Shown in pieces: positions 1 to 10,763 of a DNA stretch of 62,692 nt. The position numbers were made by a program, and so were the translations under genes. The stretch is from the NCBI GenBank assembly GCA_032718475.1, contig JAUCBJ010008127.1, positions 1 through 62,692 on the forward strand, read 5' to 3'. The notes beneath the pieces were generated by a model. That model searched no databases and was not told the DNA's origin. It saw only the letters and a program-made list of their open reading frames with translations. This DNA comes from Nemertoderma westbladi. Its lineage: Eukaryota; Animalia; Xenacoelomorpha. Position 1 is the stretch's first letter; every line of letters begins with the position of its first letter.

Positions 1-3000
1 ATCCTCCTCGCTCCTCTCGCTGGTATTCGACCTTCCTCCACTCCCGACGAAGTCGATGGTGGAGTCGTCCTATTATCTTTAATAGAACTGTCGGGGTATT
101 CCCGTAATCAAGTTGTCCAATTGATCTTAAGGTAGTGATAGCGTTCTTAATCTCGTCAGCCAGTTTTAGTAAGTCGACGGGTTTAGTGATAGCCCCTCCC
201 TTACAGAGTTCTTCTATTACTGACCTGGCCATACTCACTGTACCTCCGTATATCGAAGTCAAACGATCGTACGCTAGTTCGAAAGCGTCTGGTACACCGA
301 CGAAAGTCTCCGCTAAACGTTTTGGTTCTCCTGACAACGTTTGGAGCAAGTAATTGAACTTCTCTCGTGACGTAAAGGCGCACACGGCGATCTGGGATTC
401 AATATAGTCTACGAAGGTATGCCAGTGTTTTGAGCTACCGGAGAACTTCGGTGGTTGTTGTACCGGCAATCCCTGTCTGGCTGCGAATTTCGCTATCTCC
501 TCGGCAACGTTCAGAGTTTCGCGTCCTTGGTTGGTACACTGGTTGATGTTCTCCCTTCTTGGCGCTTTTCCCTGATACGATGTGGGGTTTGAAGGTACTG
601 GTCTTTGTGGTGCCTTCGGGTGTCTATTGTGTTCGAATTCGGTGTTCCTCGAACTGTCGGTGTAACCTTCCTCCAGACGTTCCTCGATCTGAGCCAACTT
701 ATTGACAACTGGTCGCAGAATGTCGGCGAACTGTTGTGTACTAATTGCGTCCGTTGGTTGTAACGCCTTCTGTGTTGGTGTATTCTGTGGAGGATTGTCT
801 GCAAAGGAGTTGTCTGAACGCTCGCGTTTATATTCATCGGCCGCTCCTGTTCTAAATACCTCGCGTTTCGGGTAATCCGATTCGCTCGAAGTACTACTAT
901 CATCTGGATATGGTGGTCGACGTGCTCGCGTCCGTTGCGTCGTTCGAATTCTAACGGCTCGTTTCGGAACATCGTCCACTGATCTCCGTTGTTCGGTAGG
1001 CTCACAAGTCTTCCTCGAAGTCGTAGATTGCGATGTAAACTGGTTGAACGGTCGCGTATCCACTGTTCTCCGTTGTTCGGTAGGCTCACAAGTCTTCCTC
1101 GAAGTCGTAGATTGCGATGTAAACTGGTTGAACGGTCGCGTATCCACTGTTCTCCGTTGTTCGGTAGGCTCACAAGTCTTCCTCGAAGTCGTAGATTGCG
1201 ATGTAAACTGGTTGAACGGTCGCGTATCCACTGTTCTCCGTTGTTCGGTAGGCTCACAAGTCTTCCTCGAAGTCGTAGATTGCGATATAAACTGAACCGG
1301 TGGTCGGACGACAGCGTTTGAATCCAAAGGCTTTGTAGGTCGAAACGTCATTGGATAAGCGTAATGTGTAACGGGTTTAGGTGTCAAAGGTGGACTCACC
1401 TGTTTTGTCGTCAGTAGTGCGGGTCCGGTCAATAAACTACTACGATCCGTAATCGGTGGGTTACTTACCTTGACTTTCGGAATGGGCGACGACGTTGCTC
1501 TTGGCGGTATAAACTCGTCCGGAATAACAAACCTGTGTTCCGTCGCACCATGGATAGGAGAAATATCACTACTACCCGCAATCGAAACAGGTTCCTTAGT
1601 CGTAACCGGTGCAAACATATGAGTTACCTGTGGGAATCGTTGACACACGTCTTTTACTAATTGTCGTTCCCGTCCGGGTGCTCCTACGCTTCCTTCCTTC
1701 TTCCGTTCCTGAATTTGGCGATGTCTTACCTCTAACTGGTCCAAATCATGTCCGTCACGAGATCTCATCGATCGATCGCGGGCCTTTTGATCCAGATCTT
1801 CCTCAGCGTTCGCTAATTCTCTCGCCTTCTTCTCAAGTTCGAAATGAAGTTTAGCTGTCTTCTCTCGTTGTTCCGTTTGTCGTTGTTGCGCCTCAAATTC
1901 TGCTTGTCGTATGGCGGATTGAGCTTTTATTTGCCGTGTTTTCATTTCGGCCCGTGCTTCCGAAACTAACCTGTCTCGTTCTAATTCCGCCGCTGCCGCT
2001 GCCGCTTGTCGCTCTGACTCGGCCGCTGCCGCTGCCGCTTGTCGCTCTGACTCGGCCGCTGCCGCTGCCGCTGCCGCTTGTCGCTCTGACTCGGCCGCTG
2101 CCGCTGCCGCTTGTCGGGCAATGTCTCGCTCTAACCTTTCTACTTCAGCTGCTTCTAATTCAGCTTGTTCCTGTAGATGAGAGATTCTCGCTATATTCGC
2201 AACGCGTAGCTTCTCTTCCTCTACTGCTGCCTGCATCACTAGAAGTTGAGCTTGTTCCTCCATTTCTCGTCGTTGTCGGCAGAATTCTTGCTGTTGTCGA
2301 GCAACTTCTGACGTGACCATACTTCCCTCGCAGATTTCGCTACGAATACTTACCAGCGATTGATTTAGTATTCCCGGTGCTGATTCGATTTGTGCGAGCG
2401 AAGTTTCCCTCGTAGCCTCCGGCACGGTTTCCCAATCCCCGACGTCTTCGCCGCACATGCGCAAGTGATCCGTCAGGTGTTTCAATTGTCCATCCAGTCG
2501 GTACAGTTCCTGTTCTTCCTCGGGTTGTAATAATTCGTCAGAAACTGACTCACCTAACAACTGGTCCGCTTGTTCCTGTTGTATCTGTCTAATCGTCGAC
2601 TTAAACTGAATCAGTTTCTCTCTAGTGATCATTAGTTTCTCGAGGATTCTAAGTTGAGTATCCATGTCCTGTCTCTGTCTAGCTAGATCTTGTAGGCCAA
2701 CTAGATTATCTACGGACTTATATACTTTACTCTGTACTCTAACCTGGAGGGTGTAGAACTCGAATCGAGACATCGGAGCGGTCAACCCGTCTAATATGCG
2801 TTGGCCTTCTCCAATACTCCTGGTTATATGCGCCATGTAACCTCCGACGCTTCTAACCACACTTTCTGTGCTTCCTGCTGAACTTACCAATTCCGTTTCC
2901 CTATATCTAGGTTGCGGAACAGTTAGAAAGTCCTCGGTCCTGCCGTCGCCTCGTACTACGGCATCCGGTACTCCCGTTGGATGTACTGGTGACGCACACG

Positions 3001-3118
3001 GTGTAGGTTCGGTAGGCTCGCGAGTCTTCCCCTGTTGTTCTTCCGCTGCTGACTTATCCGCGTCACATGAGTCATAGTCGGTTTGTGTATTCTTCGTATA
3101 GTCTTGTTTGTCACTCAT
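1..3118 (-). CDS. gag: BEL/Pao Gag(-Pol) polyprotein, N-terminal >1000 aa, runs off the left edge
   Basis: ATG at 3118 (MSDKQDYTKN...). I translated the frame by hand to position 1 and found no stop; it is probably absent from the ORF track because no stop lies in the window. It has a coiled-coil/Ala-rich region and a DUF1759-like capsid motif (LPVQQPPKFSGSSKHWHTFVDYIESQI...KFNYLLQTLSGEPKRLA...LADEIKNAITTLRSI). Confidence 0.85.
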   Translation of the reverse strand, partial: MSDKQDYTKNTQTDYDSCDADKSAAEEQQGKTREPTEPTPCASPVHPTGVPDAVVRGDGRTEDFLTVPQPRYRETELVSSAGSTESVVRSVGGYMAHITRSIGEGQRILDGLTAPMSRFEFYTLQVRVQSKVYKSVDNLVGLQDLARQRQDMDTQLRILEKLMITREKLIQFKSTIRQIQQEQADQLLGESVSDELLQPEEEQELYRLDGQLKHLTDHLRMCGEDVGDWETVPEATRETSLAQIESAPGILNQSLVSIRSEICEGSMVTSEVARQQQEFCRQRREMEEQAQLLVMQAAVEEEKLRVANIARISHLQEQAELEAAEVERLERDIARQAAAAAAESERQAAAAAAAAESERQAAAAAAESERQAAAAAAELERDRLVSEARAEMKTRQIKAQSAIRQAEFEAQQRQTEQREKTAKLHFELEKKARELANAEEDLDQKARDRSMRSRDGHDLDQLEVRHRQIQERKKEGSVGAPGRERQLVKDVCQRFPQVTHMFAPVTTKEPVSIAGSSDISPIHGATEHRFVIPDEFIPPRATSSPIPKVKVSNPPITDRSSLLTGPALLTTKQVSPPLTPKPVTHYAYPMTFRPTKPLDSNAVVRPPVQFISQSTTSRKTCEPTEQRRTVDTRPFNQFTSQSTTSRKTCEPTEQRRTVDTRPFNQFTSQSTTSRKTCEPTEQRRTVDTRPFNQFTSQSTTSRKTCEPTEQRRSVDDVPKRAVRIRTTQRTRARRPPYPDDSSTSSESDYPKREVFRTGAADEYKRERSDNSFADNPPQNTPTQKALQPTDAISTQQFADILRPVVNKLAQIEERLEEGYTDSSRNTEFEHNRHPKAPQRPVPSNPTSYQGKAPRRENINQCTNQGRETLNVAEEIAKFAARQGLPVQQPPKFSGSSKHWHTFVDYIESQIAVCAFTSREKFNYLLQTLSGEPKRLAETFVGVPDAFELAYDRLTSIYGGTVSMARSVIEELCKGGAITKPVDLLKLADEIKNAITTLRSIGQLDYGNTPTVLLKIIGRLHHRLRREWRKVEYQREERGG
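984..1294 (-). repeat. 84-bp in-frame tandem repeat in gag (~3.7 copies)
   Basis: Unit starts at 984, 1068, 1152 and 1236; encodes EQRRTVDTRPFNQFTSQSTTSRKTCEPT in the gag frame. Confidence 0.95.
1987..2118 (-). repeat. 33-39 bp in-frame repeat encoding (A)nESERQ
   Basis: Repeated gccgctgccgctgccgcttgtcgctctgactcg. Confidence 0.9.
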
Positions 3119-5634
3119 TTCGGTAGTTGTAAGTCAAGTAAAGTGAGTGTCAATGTATCGAACTTACCGTATTTGTATCTAAACGGTACTAATTACAGTC
3201 TTATAAAATTAGCCTACCGGCCGATTTTATAGCAGATGGATAAAATTAGCCTAAACGGCCAATTTTACAGCAAATAAATGTCACGGAATAAGTATATAAT
3301 AAAATTAGCCTAGCGGCCAATTTTATAACAAATAAATCGGATAACGATATGCGTTATCAAAAGGTAAATTAAATACAATAATACGGACTAATTCAGCAAT
3401 GAACAAAGAAATCATACAGAATGCATAAATACTTGAGACAGTGGAACCCACAATAATTTTTAACTAATACGGTAATGCCTAACTTATTTATGCAACTTTT
3501 CGAACTCACCCACTCCAATAATTCTCCAGAAAAACAGATTCCCAGATACAAACCGAACGTGAACCTTTCCGTTTTTAACGTTGCGGACGAAACGCGATTT
3601 TCCCAACCAAAGTTGTTGAGTTATCTATCTCCCAAACTTGCTAAACACGGTCTTGCTCCCGTTACAGTCTAGAAATAAGTTCTGAATCCTGAAAAACAAA
3701 AGAGTTAGGTTTTACTTTACGAAAAATTTTTGTACCGGTACAATATGGTATTTAAACCCTTTTAAACACCGGTATTCAATTCCAAAAATATTTTACACGC
3801 GGTTCAAATCAAATTTTATTTCAAAAAATTAGCACTTAGCTAATCAAATACAAATTTTTACCTCAAAATACAAAATTTTCAAAAAACTTTAGTCCTACCG
3901 AACCGTAGTTCAGTAAAACATATTCCTACTAAATTGGAGAGATACGCCTATTCCTACTATCGGAAGAGACGGTAACAATACCTGCAATATCCTACTGTAA
4001 AGTTTGTAAATCAAATCATAAATCCGACCTTCTCACCAAAACAGTAAACCCCAAGTAAGCGAATATATTGCAGTATCGATCTCTTTTAACCGGTGAGGCA
4101 GAAAACAGTCTACGAGCAGACAAACTTCGATAAAACAAAATCCCGCGCAGCGAATCCTAAAATCAGGCTGACTCACTGAAGGACTAAGGGGCTCGTATAC
4201 TTTGCCGCGGTGTGATTTATATGGTTGGGCAAAGGGACGCTAGCTAGGTATAGAGCAGATTTGGAGATGGCTAACTAGCGAGCAAAGTGCAGTAAGGACG
4301 AAAGTTAATTTTATATATTTTGAGGTGTTAATAATTTCTAATGCGCGTGTGTTAATTCTGAACGGTCAAAGCAGTTTTGCTCCTTCACATATATAATTAC
4401 TGGGTACGGTGTGCATTTTACGAATATTCTAATTTTATAACTTGTAGGTCCAATACTCACGAATGATAAGGTTCCTTCCCCTCTTGCGTATTTCCAGGAC
4501 TCAAATTCAGGCATAAGGTTAATACTACGCCCAGAATTCGGCAATTTTAGGTACCAGGTCCCTGATACTAAGAAGAGGTGTGTTAGTTTACTACTGTAGG
4601 CGTACGGGTACTGATAGCTATCCTGGCTCTTATCTAGAATTTTAGTCACCCAGGTAGTCCGGGTAACTTCCTATTAGGGCGTTGGCGGGGACACGGTAGA
4701 TGTTAGTATATCCCTGATAGCCTCAATTTATTTTGCGCCTAGCGTAAACTGCCCTACCGCCTGAACGGTACAATCCCCATTCAGGTGAAAACACAGCAAC
4801 CCCCCTAGCCTACAAGTTCTGATGTAATGGACACTGTCGTACTGCAAATAGTCGCACACACACCTGTACTTAGCAAGAGTTAAGCGTACAGTTTGCCGCA
4901 CCCTAACCAATGTGTATGCCTTGTACCGGTGTGCCTACGTCCTATCTGCGTACTAGTATCTGCTCTCTCTCCCTCCCGTAGGAATATGAAGGTCTACTGC
5001 GGTTTTCCCTGAATCAAGACAGTACAGTCCCTATGATGTAATTTTGGGCTCACAGCGTGTCACTACGTCTACCTTTGATCTTTTGGTCTTATACTTAGGT
5101 AGCAAGGATCGAACGCTGTCTAACCTTTCAGGCGATGGGCGAATAACACTAGATGGTATTGCGGGTTGTCTCTCGTCTACATTCCCGTGATGTTCCCGTT
5201 CATTGCTGCGGCCCGATCTCTAGCCGGCCATCCTGTCCCTGAGTTTGTTCACCGTAGTGAAACCATAGTAAAACAGAAAAGCTGAGAGAATATTCTGACT
5301 TTATTACAGAAGACACAATTATAATACAATGTAATCTGAGAATAAACTAAGCACGACAGAATAAATCTGAGAAGTATAGATATAAGATTGAGATTGATTG
5401 TGATTGATAACTAATGAACGAATCGCACCTTTATATACTAAATTTGTGCTGCAATCAATCGAGAAAATTCTCGATTGTTCTATGGGTTCTAACAAGGTTT
5501 TAAAGATAGCTTATTGGTCCAGCTAATATATAACTTGCACGACATTGGTTACAATCAAATAACTACAGCCTTATTGGTACAGACAAATGCAATTAATTTG
5601 TAGCGGTTAATTTAAATGAGTTGAAATTCTGCAC

Positions 5635-5721
5635 AAAAAATAATTCGCACTTACTAGGATTCGAACTCGATACCTACTACACATATAATTTCCAACGCTC
5701 TACCAACTGAGCTACTGAACC
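5635..5721 (-). ncRNA. tRNA-derived Pol III unit (pseudo-tRNA/SINE head)
   Basis: Minus strand reads GGTTCAG TAGCTCAGTTGGTAGAGC (A box/D arm) ... GAGTTCGAATCC (B box) ... then a TTTTTT terminator. Acceptor and anticodon stems do not pair. Confidence 0.7.
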
Positions 5722-5759
5722 ACTTGACCGATAGATACATAATAGATAGAACCAATACT

Positions 5760-6754
5760 AATGAGAACTCAAAGCAATCTTTACAAAGTTAATTCGAATA
5801 AAATAAAATTTTGAAAATCCACGGCATTTAGGGAATATAATTCTATATACTATCTACTTATCAATTTGCATATTTTCCAAAATTTGGTGCTGGCACAACA
5901 ATTTTCACCCACCGGCGAAAAATACAAGTTTGAGAACTCTAATGAAATTTTTACTGATTCCATTGAATTCAGAACCATTACAAACCCGTATAACGCAAGA
6001 AACAAGTTGACACAATCAATTGATATATTTGATGGTTTTTAAAATTTGGTGCGAGCACCACATTTTGCACCCACATCCGAAAAATACAAGTTTGAGATGT
6101 CTAGTTCGATAATTATATTTTCCATTGAATTCAGAACAGCCATAAACCTCTAAAACGCAAGAAATAAATTGTCACAAGCAATTTTATCTATTGAATGGAT
6201 TTTCAAAATTTCGTGCTAGCACCAAAATTTGCACACAGCACCGAAAAATACAAGTTTGATACGCTTGGTGCAACTCGTATATATTTCATCGAATCCAGAA
6301 ACCCAAAAAACCCCAATTGCGTAAAAAACAAGTTTCAAACGATCAATTTACAAAATTGACTTATTTCAAAATTTGGTGCTGGCACCAAAATTTGGCACCC
6401 ACCGAAAAAAACAAGTTTGAAATTTCTAAATCAATTTATATGAATTCCATCAAATTTCTAACACCAAAAAACCAGTGTAAATCAAAAATAGAGATGTTAC
6501 AATTCATATTTAATGAAATGTAATTTTCAAAAAAAGTCTCAAAAAAAGTGCCAAAAGTAGGGTTAAAAAATGGTGCTATAACTCGAAAAGTACCCAATAT
6601 TTTTGAAAACGGTTTTCACTACTAGGAAGACAATAGATTTTTAGGAAAAGTCATAAAATTTCAGATTCCCAACTGCGTTTGTTTCAGAATTATAATAAAA
6701 AAACCACGGGGGGGGGGTCATATTGACCCCCCCCCCCGGGTTTAATAGGGTTAA
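5760..6754. mobile_element. One end of a TTAA-targeting (piggyBac-like) non-autonomous DNA element with ~163-bp subterminal repeats
   Basis: AAAATTTGGTGCTGGCAC-type units at 5879, 6041, 6205 and 6368. Terminus ...CCCGGGTTTAATAGGG|TTAA (6751-6754); the TTAA falls in the L-K-A-A codons of BEL RNase H. Confidence 0.6.
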
Positions 6755-8964
6755 AAGCGGCTCTATACGCTACAGCCATCGGCCGGAATGTAACAGAACA
6801 GATCGACTATCCACTGGAGAAAACTGTCTATTGGACCGATGCTTTACTCGTGTTGGAGTATATAACCAATGAAGTCTGTCAGTTCAGCGTCTTCGTTACC
6901 AACAGAGTAGCCATTATACTTAGTCGCACGAAGATGGATCAATGGAGACATTGCCCCGGAACGATTAATCCAGCAGACATCGCCTCCAGGGGAGCAACTC
7001 CACAAGTACTGACAGATACTCCAGACTGGTTAGGTGGACCCGACTTCCTAAGCAAAGAAGAGGATGAATGGCCTCCTCATCTTACTACGGCAGAGATTAG
7101 ACAGGCCAAGGGAGCGGAGAAAGTCAAACCTAAAACTCGGGCGAGTAAATCGAAGTTATTTAAACCAGTGGTAGATCTGTCTGTACTACACACTTCCGGA
7201 GACGACGCTTTGGATCCGAAACCCACAGCCACAAATAAGTCTGTTGTGGAAATCAGAGAGAGGGATTGGAAATCTGGAATACCAGACGTCTCGCAAGGAC
7301 TCTCACCTCTCCTGCAGAGAGCGATATATCACTACAGTTCCTGGAATCGGCTCTGTAAGGCCGTTACATATTTAAAGCGATGTTTTCATCATCACTACTC
7401 CAGGACGAAGACCAATAGTGATACCGCTCCACTGACATCTGTGCAGGTCCATGTTGTTAAAGATCTTCCCAAATATAAGATATCCGACAGGTTTCTGAAG
7501 GAGAAGATCAGTTATCAGGAGCATGAAGAAACCAATAAGCAGATGCTGAGACTCCTGCAATGCTATGAAGATTCCGATAAGTATTTCCTGTTGTTGAGAA
7601 ATCCACAGATGCGCTTAAGGGATCGTTTCTCTAGCACGATGATAGATGGGTTGATACGTGTTGGAGGAAGATTAACTAATGCTCCATTATCCTTTGACAC
7701 TAAGTTTCCCATACTCATTAGAAATCTTGAAATACAAATCAAGATGATTGTAGATGTTCACAGCAAACTTTATCATGCTGGTAGAGAACGAGTTCTTAGC
7801 GAAATTCGAACTCGCTATTATTTTTATAAACCCCGTAGAGCTCTGAACCAAGTTCTTAGGAACTGCATACCCTGTAGGAAAGCATTCAGTAGGCCTTTAA
7901 CACAGCAAGAGGCAGAATTACCTAGGGAACGAGTAAGCTTCTATGAACCACCCTTTACTAATACCGGTGTAGATTTATTTGGCCATATTGAAGTATATCG
8001 TGCTAGGACTATAGTCAAGAGATGGTGTGTCATCTTTGTTTGTATGACTTGTAGAGCTATCCATCTCGATATGGTGAACGATTTATCTACCAACAGCTTC
8101 CTATTGAGCTTACGACGACAGATCGCTCGCTTTGGAACTAGTAACACGATGAGATCTGATAAGGGAACGAACTTCATTGGTGCCAACAATGAAATCAAGG
8201 CTTACGTCAAAGATTGGAACCAAAGACAGGTGGACGATCAGCTAAGGGTAACAGCGTCTAGCTGGACCTTCAACGCCGCCGATGCCCCTTGGTGGGGAGG
8301 AAGTTGGGAGAGATTAATCAGGAGCGTGAAGACCGCATTTCACTTTATAGTGCCGTGCCGCGCGTATCTCACCGACGAACTTTTGCGGACGTTAATGGAG
8401 GAAATCGCCGCCTATCTCAACGAGAGACCGATTATGCCAGTCTCCTCGAGTCCCGATTCCCTGGAAGCGCTAACACCCGCGCACTTCCTACTGAAGAAAC
8501 CTGTAGCCATGCTCCCACGATCGGAAATCACAGACAGAGACGAATACTGCCGACAAACTTGGCAACTTATGCAGTTATTATCCCGTCGTTTCGCTGACCA
8601 TTTCGAAAAACATTATCTGCCCACGCTACAACTTCGATCTAAGTGGTTTGCGCAGCAAGAAAACGTCAGCGCTGGAGACATGGTCCTTATTGTGGATTCA
8701 GATCTTCCACGTAAGCGGTGGCAGACAGGTCGTATCATCGATACTCACATCTCGGATGATGGTTTGGTGCGATCGGTAGAACTCGTCGTCATGCGACATA
8801 ACTTCAAGAAACCGGGAATTGTCTTCGAGACACAGCAGCTCAATCGCCCAGTTGGTCATTTATGTTTACTGGAAAGAGACAGAGAACTCTTCAGAAACTA
8901 TGGAAGGCAAGATACTCTTCCCACGCACGCTGGGGCTGAATACAGATTTAGTCGAAAAAATTAG
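6751..8964 (+). CDS. pol: BEL/Pao Pol C-terminal half: RNase H C-terminus, HHCC zinc finger, DDE integrase, DUF5641-like tail (5'-truncated; last residues come from an insertion)
   Basis: LKAA...YWTD..VLEYI, NPADIASRG, H-SKLY-H...C-IP-C, GVDLFG, SDKGTNF, GGSWERLI, RW.TGRI...DG.VRSV. The native C-terminus resumes after 10764 and stops at 10812. Confidence 0.93.
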   Translation, partial: LKAALYATAIGRNVTEQIDYPLEKTVYWTDALLVLEYITNEVCQFSVFVTNRVAIILSRTKMDQWRHCPGTINPADIASRGATPQVLTDTPDWLGGPDFLSKEEDEWPPHLTTAEIRQAKGAEKVKPKTRASKSKLFKPVVDLSVLHTSGDDALDPKPTATNKSVVEIRERDWKSGIPDVSQGLSPLLQRAIYHYSSWNRLCKAVTYLKRCFHHHYSRTKTNSDTAPLTSVQVHVVKDLPKYKISDRFLKEKISYQEHEETNKQMLRLLQCYEDSDKYFLLLRNPQMRLRDRFSSTMIDGLIRVGGRLTNAPLSFDTKFPILIRNLEIQIKMIVDVHSKLYHAGRERVLSEIRTRYYFYKPRRALNQVLRNCIPCRKAFSRPLTQQEAELPRERVSFYEPPFTNTGVDLFGHIEVYRARTIVKRWCVIFVCMTCRAIHLDMVNDLSTNSFLLSLRRQIARFGTSNTMRSDKGTNFIGANNEIKAYVKDWNQRQVDDQLRVTASSWTFNAADAPWWGGSWERLIRSVKTAFHFIVPCRAYLTDELLRTLMEEIAAYLNERPIMPVSSSPDSLEALTPAHFLLKKPVAMLPRSEITDRDEYCRQTWQLMQLLSRRFADHFEKHYLPTLQLRSKWFAQQENVSAGDMVLIVDSDLPRKRWQTGRIIDTHISDDGLVRSVELVVMRHNFKKPGIVFETQQLNRPVGHLCLLERDRELFRNYGRQDTLPTHAGAEYRFSRKN

Positions 8965-10763
8965 CCCAAGAATTTGGGTTATATTTTGTGACTCTTTGAC
9001 CCAAAACGATCCGATTTCGCGAAAAATTAAAAAAATTTATCGAAGAAAATTTTATTTATAAGTAATTTAATATTTATTTAATACTTATAAATATTAGTGA
9101 CCAATAAATTAACTAGCCCATGGATATATCATGGAAATTTGGAGTCTATGTGTTAATGTAATGCAAAAAAACAAAAATGTAAAAAAATTTATCGATATAT
9201 ATTTTAGTTATAAATAATTTATTAATTATTTAATACTAAAAAGAATTAATTTCTGAAAATGAATTAGCCCATGGATAAAACAAAATAAAATTGAGTCTAT
9301 GTGTTAAAGTAATTCAAAAAATCGAAAAAGTTTAAAAAAACATCGATATATATTTTAGTTATTGATATTTAATAATTATAAATTATTTTCAAATTAATTA
9401 TTAGTAGTGTTATTTAGGTGTGTATGGGATGTGTGGGTGGTTGGTTGCATTATAAGAAATTGAAACGAAATAATTAAAACTTAAATCTGGCATATAGTAA
9501 CTTTCATACATTCTCAAATTATAAAATAGTATGATGATATGCTGAATGCCAACCAAGTATGTTGTGTAGAACAAATACTAGCCCCCCCCCCCCCCCCCCA
9601 GCCAGACAATCACTACCTGCTTTATTATTTATCAAACACAATTACAGATATTAAAACCCACCCACTCCAGATGCCCAGCAACAGCAGAGTAAACATACAA
9701 TAGCTGCCTCTACTCCTGTCTACCTATCAGTATTAATTTACAATGTATCTGGCAGGCAGGAGGCCATTGGCATTTTGGTCATAAATCATTATTGTTTTGA
9801 GTTTAAATTTAATTAATTATTTCTTTATTTTGTATGTCTCCACGTCTCCATTAGAGATTAAATAACAGGTGTGGGTGTGCGTGCATGGTTTGTACAAAAT
9901 TATAAATATACAGTAGTGATGTTTAATACTTGTAAAAATTATTCCAATTAATGTAATGTTTCCTTTAATATTTAATATATATACTGTATTCCTTTAATAT
10001 CGATACATTCAGACTAGTTCCTGGTCAAAATACAAGGTACCCTTGATACACCCAAAGTACTCTGAACATCTGTTACGAGCCGTTCAAGAATATAACTCTA
10101 AACATTTGTAAATAAATTAAAGTATTATTAATAATGTGCAATAAATATTAATATTGTTAAATAAATATAAATCAATTTTATAATATATGGATATTTTTAA
10201 TAAACTTCAGTTTTCTGCATTAGTATAATGATATTCCATGTACACATATTTTAATAATTATTGAAAATAATGATTATTAAAATACTAATTGATATTTATA
10301 ATTATTTATAATAAGTAAATATCAATACATAAAATATATTATATCGTTATTTTTTTTTAATTTTTGGATTTTTCGCATTACTTTATAATATAGACACCAT
10401 TTTTCTTTACATATCCATGGGCTAATTTATTTTTGAAAACTAATATTTGTTAATATTAAATAATTATTAAATTACTAATAACTAAAATATATATCGATAA
10501 ATTTTTTTACATTTTTGTTTTTTTGCATTACTTTAACACACAGACTCCAAATTTCCATGATATATCCATGGGCTAATTAATTTATTGGTGACTAATATTT
10601 ATAAGTATTAAATAAATATTAAATTACTTATAAATAAAATTTTCTTCGATAATTTTTTTTAATTTTTCGCGAAATCGGATCGTTTTGGGTCAAAGAGTCA
10701 CAAAATATAACCCAAATTCTTGGGCTAATTTTTTCGACTAAATCTGTATTCAGCCCCAGGGTG
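8926..10763. mobile_element. Non-autonomous foldback DNA transposon, Chapaev/CMC-like (CAC...GTG ends, 4-bp TSD CACG)
   Basis: TIR CAC(G/C)CTGGGGCTGAATACAG..., near-perfect for ~290 bp. TSD at 8922-8925 and 10764-10767. The empty site is visible in the paralog at 46061-46080. Confidence 0.85.

Larger units (their letters stand above)
1..5760 (-). mobile_element. 5' part of a BEL/Pao LTR retrotransposon (gag, long 5' UTR, probable LTR)
   Basis: Gag ORF below 3118. On the minus strand there is a TATA-like TATATAAAGG near 5430-5438 and AATAAA near 5300. LTR boundaries could not be fixed because no second LTR is in the window. Confidence 0.6.

Noticed and set aside
511-2316. ORF-track ORFs at 511-1257, 989-1321, 1044-1295 and 1936-2316
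   Set aside because: Alternative-frame or antisense shadows of the repetitive gag ORF.
4168-4186. tRNA-Tyr-like PBS (TAGTCCTTC on the minus strand)
   Set aside because: Lacks the TGG start, match is short and it is not preceded by a CA LTR end.
5635-5721. Functional tRNA gene
   Set aside because: Acceptor, anticodon and T stems do not pair; only the promoter boxes and D arm remain.
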